A DNA stretch of 64,000 nt, from contig OZ316893.1 of assembly GCA_973895155.1 (NCBI GenBank), positions 22,541,844-22,605,843 on the forward strand. Reading direction: 5' to 3'. Made by a program: the position numbers and the translations under genes. The notes below the pieces were generated by a model. It was not told where the DNA came from. It searched no databases and saw nothing but the letters and a program-made list of their open reading frames with translations. The stretch is from Marsupella aquatica. Lineage: Eukaryota > Plantae > Marchantiophyta. Positions 1 to 10,930 of the stretch are shown in pieces; the first letter of the stretch is position 1, and each line of letters opens with the position of its first letter.

Positions 1-140
1 AAGGTTTTTGACCATAGCGTTAGAGAGCCAAGAGTGCGCTGTTGGGAATAATATGTAGTCTTTTTGAATGATTATATCGCCTTTGAAATTTAGACGGCCC
101 CGCAATTTTATTTTGCATGTCATTCACATCTTCGTTTTAG

Positions 141-661
141 TCCTGAATTTCTGCTTCAGCCGTCAAAGGTAACCTTATTCTCTGTGGTTTGCAGGAACAT
201 CGAATGCAGCTTGGACAAAAAAGTATTTTTCATTTAGAAGGTACTGCGTTTTGAACCCAAGAGGAGTAGTTTGATCAAACAGGGACTTCATAAGAATGAT
301 TGCTTATTGCGAAAGGTCACTTGATTATTGTATTTGAGCCGGAAGATTTGGGCTGGCGCCTTCTCTGGGTAATATGGCTTCAGAAGCTAGCAGGATCAAG
401 TCATAGCCGTCATTGAAGCAGCTGGAGGCTTGGTCGATAGAATAGTAAAATGAAATCCAGGGGGAAAAAAAACAGAAAGAAGTAAAATCTCGGTGAAGTG
501 TCATACCTGAAGCTCAGTTCTGAATTGTCCGCCGGGTTTGAATTACAAACATATGTTGGGACCGACAATATTATGTTTCATCTAATTTTTTAACTGACTC
601 TCTACTAACTTCAGGTGCTTTTGTTGGCTCTGCTGTGCAGCATTTGTGGCCAAGTTCATGA
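141..661 (+). CDS. Possible 3' exons of an unidentified host gene (141-168, 195-240, 615-661)
   Basis: Three short AG..GT-bounded segments join in frame (PEFLLQPSK-EHRMQLGQKSIFHLEG-AFVGSAVQHLWPSS*). No recognisable domain. Confidence 0.3.
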
Positions 662-754
662 GCATCTACAAGAGATTTCTGATTGCGACTTTTGGTTGAT
701 GAGAGTTTCTGAATTCTGTAATGCCATCCTATCCCACAAAATCACCTCCTCACA

Positions 755-1407
755 TGTAGCGACTGAAAAAGTGGCACCACCCAAGTGCCATTGGGGTGCT
801 TGGGTGTTTGGTTTGTGGTATTTATGGGGGAGGCCCCATCGTAGAGAGGGAGGACTCACTTTGAAGTTAGAGGGGAAGGATAGCGGATAGCATTAGGAGC
901 TTGAGAGTGTGTTCAAAGTAGTGAGGTGGAAGCCATACTCATTGTCCAGTGAGGCAGGAGTTGGGTAGACGGCAGAGGCCGGGTTACTCATGCAATGTGT
1001 ATCACTTTCACCAAAAGATATGGATCTGGACATTTTACTTGATGGATTTCTTTTGTGTGAGTCCTCTCCCTTTTCCTTCTCCGTAGTTGTGTTCTCCCTT
1101 GTATGATTTGAAGAAACTTGCATGGTTTGGGTAGTCCTTGTGAGTAGGGGTGGTGATAGCACCCTTTGGACAACCCTGAGTGGGAATGGGAAGAGAGTAG
1201 TTGGCAGGTCTTGATCAAAAGTTGTGGGGTGTAGTAGTCGGTAGACTGATCAAAATGTACATTTCCGGGAGCAAAAACTAAACTACTCATTCTTGGTGTG
1301 AGAATAATCCAAATAGTGACCTTCAGTCGTACCCCGTACACGATACAAACAATTTAGTAGAGAAAATCACATAATTGTCATCTTAATCGTTTGATAAGCA
1401 ATTGACA
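755..1407 (+). mobile_element. LTR-like sequence related to the 3' part of the family-B LTR (18859-23073)
   Basis: ~900-1407 aligns by eye with ~22575-23073 (e.g. CAGTGAGGCAG.AGTTGGG.AGACGGCAG, ACATTTCCGGGAGC, TTTGATAAGCA..TGACA). The left boundary (TGTAGC at 755) is a guess. Confidence 0.5.
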
Positions 1408-2709
1408 ATGGCAAGGGATTATTCCATTTTGACTATTGAAACAGCAGGAGTTCAATGCTACCAAGTATCCATATGAGTAAATTCAAAACAAAATCCAATT
1501 TCCAAGTATGATGTCAAATTGTCTAAGTATTAACTTCTCAACAGGAGAAGGAGTCTGCAGTTCTACTCACAGCAGGTCAAGGCTCAACAGGAGCACCTAA
1601 GGAGGAGCTTCTATGCTTCCAACAGAAACTGAGAACTGAAAAAGAAAGTTAATTGTCATCCTATTTAAGATGCTAGAGGAAAAGGGGAAAGATCCCAATA
1701 GGTAAGTATCATTTCCGGTTTTCATGGAAGGAAAAGTAACTGTCATTAAAATCCGAAAGTGATAAAGGAAGATCCAAAAATAAGTACAAGGCAAAATCCG
1801 GAAATGGATTTCCGGGTCTACTACAAAATCCAGATTTTGATCCTAATCGGATCTGGAAATGCTAACTCTAACTTCTAATGAACTACAAAACTACTGGAGA
1901 ATCATCTTCTATCTCTACTCTAACTGGCTCACGCCATGGGCCCTCACTCTATGTATACTAAGTGTACCCCCCTGCGCTCGAACCCCCCTTGCCTACCCCT
2001 TCTTAGTAGTTTTTCTTTCATATACATTACCCTTGTTCCATGTAAAAAATTAGTTTTTGATAATTTTTTACACCCTAACTTAGGTGCCTTATAAAATTGA
2101 AAAAAATCTATATTTGAAAACCCATTGTGGAATTATAATAAGGAAAACCCAAGATAGGGCTAGCATACAAGATCCAATTTGAGATACACAAATTTTTTGG
2201 ACAAAAATGATGCATACAACACCCTAGTGGGGCATACAATCACTCACATAGTGTAGATATGTTTTGCCAGTTTGGCTTTAAACTAGTATAGGCAAGACTA
2301 CGGACAAGACATGGATTGGTAGACAGTAGGTGGGCAGTGGCAACATCCCCACAAGCATGGGCACTGCTTGCACCGGGTCTGCACTCTACATTGGAGAGAC
2401 TATTACAAACGGGATTACAAACCAAATAATCAAGCTAAGGTATGGGTCTAGGTACTAATAGAGTGACTCACTCTCGGACTCACTTGGGACACTATGTTCC
2501 AATGATTGAGACCTTGCCACGTGGCCCCCTTATACAATGACGCGTGTCACATACATTATAGGACTCGTTTGGCTGAATTAATATGCCACGGTTTTGGAAA
2601 TACCCTTCTTCCTTATCAACCCAAATTTGTATTTGTTGGTTCTAATTGTATTATAATTATTAGCCACAAATGGATTAAAAATACCCTTCAACACTAGTAC
2701 ATTTTTGGC

Positions 2710-3180
2710 ACTTTTCCGATACTCAAAACACGCATTTCTCAACACGCCCAATACTAAACACGACGAAAAATGTCCGATACTCCCAGCTACGGAACTTCCA
2801 ATACTACTAACATCGGACATTATTATCCGATATGTTTTGTATCAAAAACTTTGTCCAATACCCCGCATATCGGACAATGTTTGAAACCTCCTGTATTGCA
2901 AATTGAGAGCCAAAATGTTTTTCAGACGTCCGATGATAATAGTATCGGAAGCCAATTCTGATTGGTTTGGTTTCGGACATTTACCGATACAAGTATTATT
3001 GGACATATTTTTGCAATACTAATTACAACGGAAAACATTTGCGAAGGCTAAGATATCAGTGACTATCCATTGGAATTGCTATCGGACCCCTCCTCGGTTG
3101 CGGGCTTAAGCGTCCAATCCGTGGAGTATCGGATAATGGCTTCCGATTGTTATAGTATTAGAAAATCCGATACTTTGAGG
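2710..3180. repeat. Left CACTA subterminal repeats (TCCGAT/ATCGGA), continuing at 18765-18858 after the Gypsy insertion
   Basis: Many direct and inverted copies of TCCGAT(A)/(T)ATCGGA, typical of CACTA subterminal binding arrays. Confidence 0.85.
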
Positions 3181-3195
3181 ATGGGAAGGGGTTTT

Positions 3196-6100
3196 TGTGA
3201 TGCCTAGACAGGAATCACTCGGCCGGTTAAGTGGGTAAAGCAGGAAGGCACCCTAGGAACACCTTAGTATAGGGACAAAACAATGAAAATATAAACAATT
3301 AGGGGCAACCATGGAACCCGGGCTGAGGCCGGAGGTAAGGCTGAGGGTGAAAACCCGATTAGGGTTAGGGCGCGTTAAGCGTCGGCGGCTAGGAAGGATC
3401 AACGGGAAGAAGGACCGGCAGAGGAGAGGGGTAAGGAGCGCTTGCAGGAGATGGTGGCTCATTTGCGAGCACGAACTAGGCAGACGACTACGGGAGGCCA
3501 ACTACTGTCAGCTGCTTAGGCAAGCACTCGGGGAGAGAGTAGATACCGACGATCGACCTAAGGAGGGTATGAGCAACGTCAATCAAGCGGCACATTTCTG
3601 GGGATGCCTGTTCGAACGGGCAACTGAGTACATCAAGACTTACGAGGACGAGGAATCAGAAAGGGCAGCTCGAGAACGGCAGGAGCTCGCTTGATTGTGG
3701 GAGCTGCAGAAGACGGCTTTCTTAGGAGGCGAACTCATCAAGGACGAGTTCCTGTGGACGCCTACTTCCAATCAACTCGACGATCTTCTGTTTTGCAAAG
3801 ACAGCGTCGTCGGCATCCGAGAGGCCATCAAGAACTGCAACGATATACACTGGGAATTAAAGGGAAGCACGGAAAGGTGGACCCAGGCAACGGTGCTAGG
3901 AGAAACCTCCACGGCAGCAGAGATGAAGAGGAAGGGAGCCGTCAACGATGAAGCCACCCCGGCAAAAAGAACGAGGTCAGCGGCACCAAAGAAGCCAGCC
4001 GAGCAGCAGAGCAGGAGGCAGGGAGAAGCCAAAGAGGAGGAGGTCGATCCCATCAAGGCCATTCCAACCAGGGATGACACCTGGAAGGGCTGGGCGGCAA
4101 CCCTACCGGTGGAGGTGCAACTACATTTTGCACGGAGGAGGATGCATGCTTTACGGCCATGCAGACCAAGAAGTACCAAGGCTTCATGGCCGGATCCGGC
4201 TTAGAGGCCTTTGTGAGATTACCATGGCTGAAGCCGGAGGTACCGGAGTCAGACCTATTAGAATTCGTGGGGTCATGGGAACCCGAGACCAATTGCACGA
4301 GGATATATGGGAAGGATTTCTATCTTACTCCCAAGGTAATTGCCGAAGTGTTTGGCTTGCCGATAGGCAATAAGACCAAAGTTGATACCAGGAAGACCTT
4401 GCCTGACAAGGAGTTCCGGTCGTTCCCCGGGCCATCAACGAAGAATGGCTTCTTCCGGAACACCTGCACCAACCCGCACATAGGAGAGATGATCGACTTC
4501 TTGCGGGTGACCATGCATTGTAACTTGCCGAGGGCAGAGATCGGCAAGGCACAGGTCTATCTGGCAGAAAGGCCAGACCCAAGTCGGGACTACAACGGGT
4601 ACCTCCTCAACCAATTGAAGAAGATCTTAAAGGAGGAGCAGCAGGTAATCGGCATGGGGAGCGTGTCGCGGCTTGGCTATCACATGCCGCTGTTGTGCCG
4701 GTATGCCAGAGGTCAGACTTTTGCCCCAGTACTTCCCCTGCAGGTAAGGGCACCCGAGGAAGCTCCAACGCCGAGGCCGTTGGCTGAGAAGCCTCAACCA
4801 CCTGTTAGCCCTACAATCGAGCAGGTGTTTAGGCCCAGGAAGGAGGACTTGCCGATGCAGCAACCAGGCATGCAGAGTCTGCTGAAACTACTGGAGAACG
4901 AAAAGAAATTGGCATCGGCAACAACAACGGCAACGGCAACAATGCAGGACACTACTACAGAGGTAGGCCTACACCGGCTCACAAGAGAAAACCCCTTTGC
5001 TGGAGACAAGGAGAGGATCAGGCCTGAATCCAAGTCAGGTGTTCGAATGTATGTGGGAATCTCAAGCTCCGAATCTGAGGCAGAATTGCCTGAAGCTCCT
5101 ACCGACGAAGAGGAGAGGGAGAAGCCGGACGTCCAAGAGGTAGAGGAGGCAGTGGAGGACTGCAGCCATGATAATTCCGGCTATGGGTCGGACCATCACG
5201 TTCCAGGAGTAAGGACCTGTGGCCGGTTTGTCCCCACACTTCCAAGGGTAGTGCGAGGGGACCCCAACCAGCAGAGTAGCCCTGAGTCTCCCCCACCAGA
5301 TGTTGCTCCCCCGAGCTTCGACGGCATAAAACAGACGGTGCAGGAATTTCAGGAGCGAATCAAGCAGGAGGAGGAGGCAGCCCTGGCTAAGGAAAAGGAT
5401 TTACCAGGAGGAGATTGGCCGGAGGACATCAGGCGGCTAGCCAAAAAAGGAAGCAAACCTCTAGCCACGATTGAAGAGATCCGCAGGACGGCTTGGGAGC
5501 AGAGGCCGCGATGGGCGATGCCGATCACTTCTACTTACTCCACCTACGCTAAGAATAGAGCCATGGAGTATGGTGAGATGTGTGGGGAACTTGCGCTCGG
5601 CATCTTTGGAGAGGAGTTGGAGGTAGGACCCTTTTTCCATAGGGAGCAGTTGGAGAAGCACCAATTAGAAGAAGCGGTGGCTTTAGAGAGAAGCAAGAAG
5701 GACGAGGTCATTCGGCGGCTTAGGAGGATGGAAGCCGAGATTGAAGATCTAAGGGCGGCCAAGAAAGCCCAAGATGAACTGCGGATTAAACGACATGAGC
5801 TGAACATCATGCAGGGGCAGTTGGACACCGCGCAGGCTGATAATCAGAATATCAAGGATAAACTGACTCAGACGCAGGGAGAGTTGGCCGACACGATCAA
5901 AGAGAGGGAGAAGTGGAAGCAAGAGCTGAAGAATACAGAGGAGGCCCACATAACAGCCAACAGCCGGGCCATGGCGGAGACCCAAAGAAAGGAATGGGCG
6001 TTGAAAGGGGAGCTCGAGAAAATCCGCGGAGCCCTTGAGCAGAAGGAGGCCGAGTTAGGGAAATCCTATCAAGGGATTATGGCGCTGCAGCAGGAGCTTG

Positions 6101-7873
6101 CGTCCCTGACGGCCAGCTTCAAGGCCGACCTAAGGGAGAAGGACGAGATGCTCGAACAGACTTACGCCAAGATGAACCAGATGGAGTCTGTCATCATTGC
6201 AGAGCTCGACAAGGAGCTAAGAGCAACCCGGGAGGAGAGGACTACCTTGAAACAAGAACGGGAGGAAGCCCAGAAGGAACTAGAGGAGGCACGCAAGGAC
6301 CTGGATGAGACCCAGGAGGAGTTGGAGGAAATCACGAGGAAGATGGAGAACCTCCAGCGGCGGGCCGACAACCAAACGGAGCGGCTGAAGAAACAAGCCG
6401 CAGTATTTAAGTGCTTGTCTTCATCAGGCCCAACTCCAATTGGGGCAACCAAGTTACCAGGAGTGGTACTGGCCGAAGAAAAAGCCGCGCCAACTGCACC
6501 AGTGCCGGAAGTAAGTGGGAAGGGGAAGGGACCAGCTGCCGAACCAGAAAAGAAGAAAAAGCGGAAACCTTCAGGGTCAAGGAGTAATCTGACTCCACAA
6601 GCCATGGTGACCAAAGAGGTAGAACCAGCACCATCCTCCGACATGAATACGGCAATAGATCCCGCTATGATCACAGGTGGGGGTGGTGCGGCCCAAGCCG
6701 AACTACTCAATAAGGAGGCCGGTATTCCAGATCCGCCTCTTGAGCAGGCCGGGGAGACCGTAGCCGAGGCTGAGGCCGTAACCGATTCCCGAGCCGATGC
6801 CGACGCCGATGGTGGACCCAGTCAGGCCGATGGAGAGTTGACTCAGTCAAGGGCAGGTAATCTGTCAGGGAATGAGCCTACGGCAGTGGCTGAGGAGGAA
6901 GCGTTGGGGGCGTCCATTAAGGATCCACCACCGGTGTCGTGACGGTGCAAGGGTGCCGTTCCTTTTAGGGAGGGCGGACGTGGAGGGAGGAGGCGTGAGT
7001 GGGCAGGGCGGGCGCGGATCTCCACGTTTAGGATTAGGATCAGAACCAGGAGCGGCCCTGACACTTAGCTTAGTGGGATTGCGGTCCCACTGGTAGGAGC
7101 AACACTTGTGCTCCTGCCTTGCTGTACATAGGTAGATTCGGGCAAGTAGATTACTGTTAAGTAGATTAGGCTTACGATGCAAAGAATGGCGGATCCACTA
7201 CCAGGATAAGTACCTGGGCAGCGGGGAGCTCAGGGCCTCTTCTTTAGCAAGTTTTTAGTTTGCACCAGCCGGGCTGGGATCAAGTAGTACGAGAAGCTCT
7301 CGGTTAGTCATACAGTGACCCTTGTGTATATTCATGTTTCCTCATGCCTAAGAGCTGAATAGAGTTGGCCTCACGTCTTAGTTCGCAGAACTTGTGTATG
7401 AGATGTACTGTTTGTATGGCAAGTGCATGGTATGACTCAGTCAGAATGAGTCATTTTGCTATTTGTGTGTCGCATTAACTTGTGTGAAGAGTGCCCACAT
7501 CAACCAAAGGAAGGAAAGTAAGCAGGGGAGTGAGAGTTGGATGTGTCAAGCTGAGAGAGGTCTTAGCGGCTTAACCAAGCCTATTGGGGATCATTCCGGC
7601 GGCGGAATCCAAACATACCTAACAAGACGAAGGGGAAGACAGGGGAAGACAGGGGAAGACAGGGGAAGGCCTAGATTAGGCCGGCTACGTATCTCATGAC
7701 CCGATGAAGGATCTGTCCAGTATATGTGTGTAAAATGTTAATAGTAGTAGTAGAAGGTTAGCAGCGTCCCATGCCGCTGAGCCGCGGAAACGGCCTCGCC
7801 AAGCGCAAAACCCGCGGGAATCGACTTGAGCTGGGGGGTTTCTTGGGTTTAGGGAGCCATGGGACGCACCACA
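3196..7873 (+). repeat. 5' LTR, family A (4678 bp, TG...CA)
   Basis: Starts TGTGATGCC, ends CACCACA and is followed by the PBS. Differs from the 3' LTR by about 18 substitutions counted by eye plus one extra 10-bp AGGGGAAGAC unit. Confidence 0.97.
3311..6942 (+). pseudogene. LTR-encoded accessory gene, 5' LTR copy (~1,210 codons ancestrally; plant-transposon-type helical domain plus long coiled coil); 927-aa frame 4159-6942 remains open
   Basis: ATG in strong context (gcaaccATGG). Premature TGA at 3692-3694 (CGA in the 3' LTR) and a 1-bp deletion at ~4134. GLEAFVRLPW..LLEFVGSW..IYGKDFYLTPKVIAEVFGLP motif, then an E/K/Q-rich heptad region. Confidence 0.85.
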
Positions 7874-7877
7874 TTTT

Positions 7878-7894
7878 TGGCGCTAGATGGAGGG
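7878..7894 (+). promoter_or_regulatory. Primer-binding site, complementary to plant tRNA-Asn 3' end (1 mismatch)
   Basis: TGGCGCTAGATGGAGGG 4 nt after the LTR. Plant tRNA-Asn(GTT) ends ...CCCTCCTTCTAGCG-CCA (recalled, not looked up). Confidence 0.75.
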
Positions 7895-7942
7895 GGCATT
7901 TCTTAAGCCGTGAGATATGAAGTTAGAACGGAAGCATAGGTA

Positions 7943-10930
7943 ATGACTGACCTTACGCCAAGGGAAGAAAGAGTGATTCAACGGGAGAGAGCTCGACTGC
8001 AGCAGCTCGCCGGGTGGCATGATACACAGCGACTGAGAGGGGCAGAAAGAGCTGGTAGCTCTGAAACTGGAAGTGGTGTCGAAGAAGACATACCAGAAGA
8101 AGAGTCGGTAAGGAGAAGTGAGTCTCCAACCGACATGGGGGAACCAGAGGCACGGCCAGACGAGAGGCCAGGGACCAGATTGAGCCAGCGGTCGCGCATA
8201 CATTACAAGGCATTTCATGGGAGAGGAGATGAGGATCCGGACGAATGGTTGGATGATTTCGAGGGAACCGCTGCAGCAAATGGAGAATCGGCCATCAAGA
8301 TGCAGATTCTTCCCGGCCTGTTCAAGGGTGAGGCTAGGCCTTGGTACAGAGCATTAGATGTGGAAGATCAAGCCATCTGGGATATCTTCAAAACACTCTT
8401 TGTTAAGGAGTTTTGACCCATTGGAACTTCAGAACTAGCAGTGCTGGAGTTGGGACAACTTCGGTTCAAGGAGAACAAATCCTTCAGGAAGTTCTTGCAA
8501 CGCTTTCAGAAACTGGTAAGACGTACAAAGACCAATGCATCTGAAGGTATGCAACTTCAATGGTTGGTGAATGCTTTGCCACAGAAGATGAGTTTTGCAA
8601 TTAGGAAGGAGAACCCAGAGACTTTAGCCGAAGCAATTAAGGATATTCAATTATACATTAATGCAGATATCACAAGCCGGAAGAAACAGCTTAAGTCTGA
8701 GAGTTCCTCATCAGAGGAGGGATCACCCCATAAGAAAAAAGATAAGAAGAAGAAACATTCTAAGAAGTCTAGAAGTGATAAGTCAAGCTCGGATAGTGGG
8801 AGTAGCAAGAGTGAGTCATCTTCTAGTTCTGAAGAAGAAAAAACTAGGAAAAGGAAGGGCAGAAGGAGAGGGAAGACGAAAGTCAAGATGGAGGCTAAGC
8901 CACCAGATAACATCGTAGCCCTTACCGAGCAACTTAAGGCTATCATTGCAGAGGTAAAACCAAAGAAGAAGGTAGTACAGGAGGACAGCTCTGTATGGTG
9001 TGCCTTATGTTATAAAACCGGACACCATAAAGATGCGTGTCCTAAGCTTAATACTAATCATGTTCGGCATGTGGCCGAGATCAGACCATGTCAAGGAGAA
9101 GTAGAGTACTTTTTAGGAGATGCCGCTGATAGTGTTTTCGGCATCAGTGAGACTGGAGCACGAGACCTATCCAACAGACCTGCATCTCTATGGTCAGGGT
9201 TAAGGAACAATCCAGGAGAGATGTATCCTCGGATTATTCAGAACCCGTCAGTACCTCCTAGGCCAAATGTGCAAAGATTTGCGGCGTGCTATAATTGTGG
9301 TCAACCTGGCCATTTTGCTAGAGAATGCCCGAATGCACGCAAACAGGGTGATGGACAACCAGCTCAGCTATGTATGGGATGCCGACAGGAAGGTCATATG
9401 CTAGGGCAATGTCCTACTTGGTTGGCAGGCCTGGCCGCAAATCATAAACTTTTGCCGGTCAAGATCCTACCGCCAGGCACTACCCCCGGAGGAGTTCAAA
9501 TCAACCACATCGAACTAGGATGGCAAGAGGATGCCGAGGCAGAGTTCGTACCATCTGATGATGAGGCTGAAGCCCTATCAACCTTCTCAGAGGAGGATTT
9601 AGATCATGATTGCTACCGGGTCTCTACTCGATCTACCAGAAGGAAGGAAAGGTGGGATGGGCTGGCCAAAAATAAAGGGAAGGTTACGGAGGAAAATATC
9701 GACTCTTTGTCAACATCAACAGAAGGAGAAGGGAGGGCTCCGGCAATACAGGTAAGCCATGAGCCCACCAGTGAAACCAATCCTTCACAAGATAGCGACT
9801 TCAATCGAGATCATCCTAAGTTGTTCTACCCCTCTGTTACGGCTAGTGTTAAGGAACAACTAAGAGAATTAGAAACCCTGGAGAATACCGAAGCCATTGC
9901 CAAGGATGTAAAACGAGCAAAAGCATTGTTTGCTTCGGAAGACCCAACAGCTGTGAAGACTAGCGTGGCAAAACTGGCCGAATCCAAGACGGAAACACCA
10001 CCAGAGGAGAAGCCGATTGTTCCCTATGACCTGGCTAAAGATGTACTAGAATCTAGAGTCTCGGCAATAGTAGGTCAACTATTGAAAAATAGCCCATACT
10101 TCCGGAAGCAATTAAGGAAGGCTATTCTCGGCAAGCCGAGGTTACCCAAGGTAGCAACCAGATCCGACGTACTAATGATAGAAGAAGATCAAGGAGCCCC
10201 AGCATTACCCTTAATGATTCAAGGAGAATTATTACTATGGGTACCCATCGATGGAGGATCAGGGGTATGTATTATGATTGATTCAACAGCAAAAGGGTGG
10301 GGTCCAACACTGGAGATGACTGAAAGAGTGTTGAACATGGCCAATGGATATCAGGTCATTCCCACGGGAGTGTTAACCGGCATCAAGACAGAGATAGGAG
10401 GTATCTTCTTTAGCATTAACTATGTAGTAATGAAGCCGGTAAATCCTACGTCATTCCGGCTATTGATTGGTAGGCCATGGCTGTACCTAGCCGACGTAAT
10501 AGAAGATTGGGGTAAAAAGTAGTTCACTTTCGGGACCCCCTCTATCACGGTATCCTGGGACACTAAGGATGACCGTAGGAAAAGCATAAGGGAAGTAGAT
10601 GGGTACGACAGTGGACTGGAGTCAGCCGATGAAGTACGTTGGTTAGAATGCCTCACTGACCTAACCGAAGAAAGTGTCTTTGGACCAGAGGTACCCCCCA
10701 GCGGATTATGGCAAGAACCAATGGAAGGTGACTTGGAAGACGAAGAGGTCGAGGACTGCTTTACAATAGAATCCACCTTTTTAGCTGCAATTCCGGAGGA
10801 AGTAAAGGATGTAGACCAATTGGATGAAACGACTAAGTGGGGAGCAGTAGCAGGGATAGTGGATTTTCTGCAGGCGTTGTGGCAGAGCCGGCAGGGTTCA
10901 CAACGCTATCGATCATCGGCAAGGAATTAA
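7943..10930 (+). pseudogene. gag: Gag-protease reading frame with two in-frame stops (TGA 8414-8416, TAG 10520-10522)
   Basis: One frame throughout. Retrotrans-gag motif FHGRGDEDPDEWLDDF..GEARPWY. Three CCHC knuckles (CALCYKTGHHKDAC, CYNCGQPGHFAREC, CMGCRQEGHMLGQC). Aspartic protease IDGGSGV...LLIGRPWL. Confidence 0.9.

Noticed and set aside
3358-3370. TTAGGGTTAGGG telomere-like repeat
   Set aside because: Only two units and inside the ORF. At most a telo-box, not a telomeric array.
4159-6942. LTR ORF as an env/fusion glycoprotein or a host SMC/myosin-like gene
   Set aside because: No signal peptide or transmembrane segment and no ATPase or motor motifs are visible. The coiled coil alone is non-specific.
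3772-7182. Many 60-180-aa antisense and alternate-frame ORFs in the LTRs (and their copies)
   Set aside because: Shadows of the long sense ORF, with low-complexity Ser-rich translations and no motifs.
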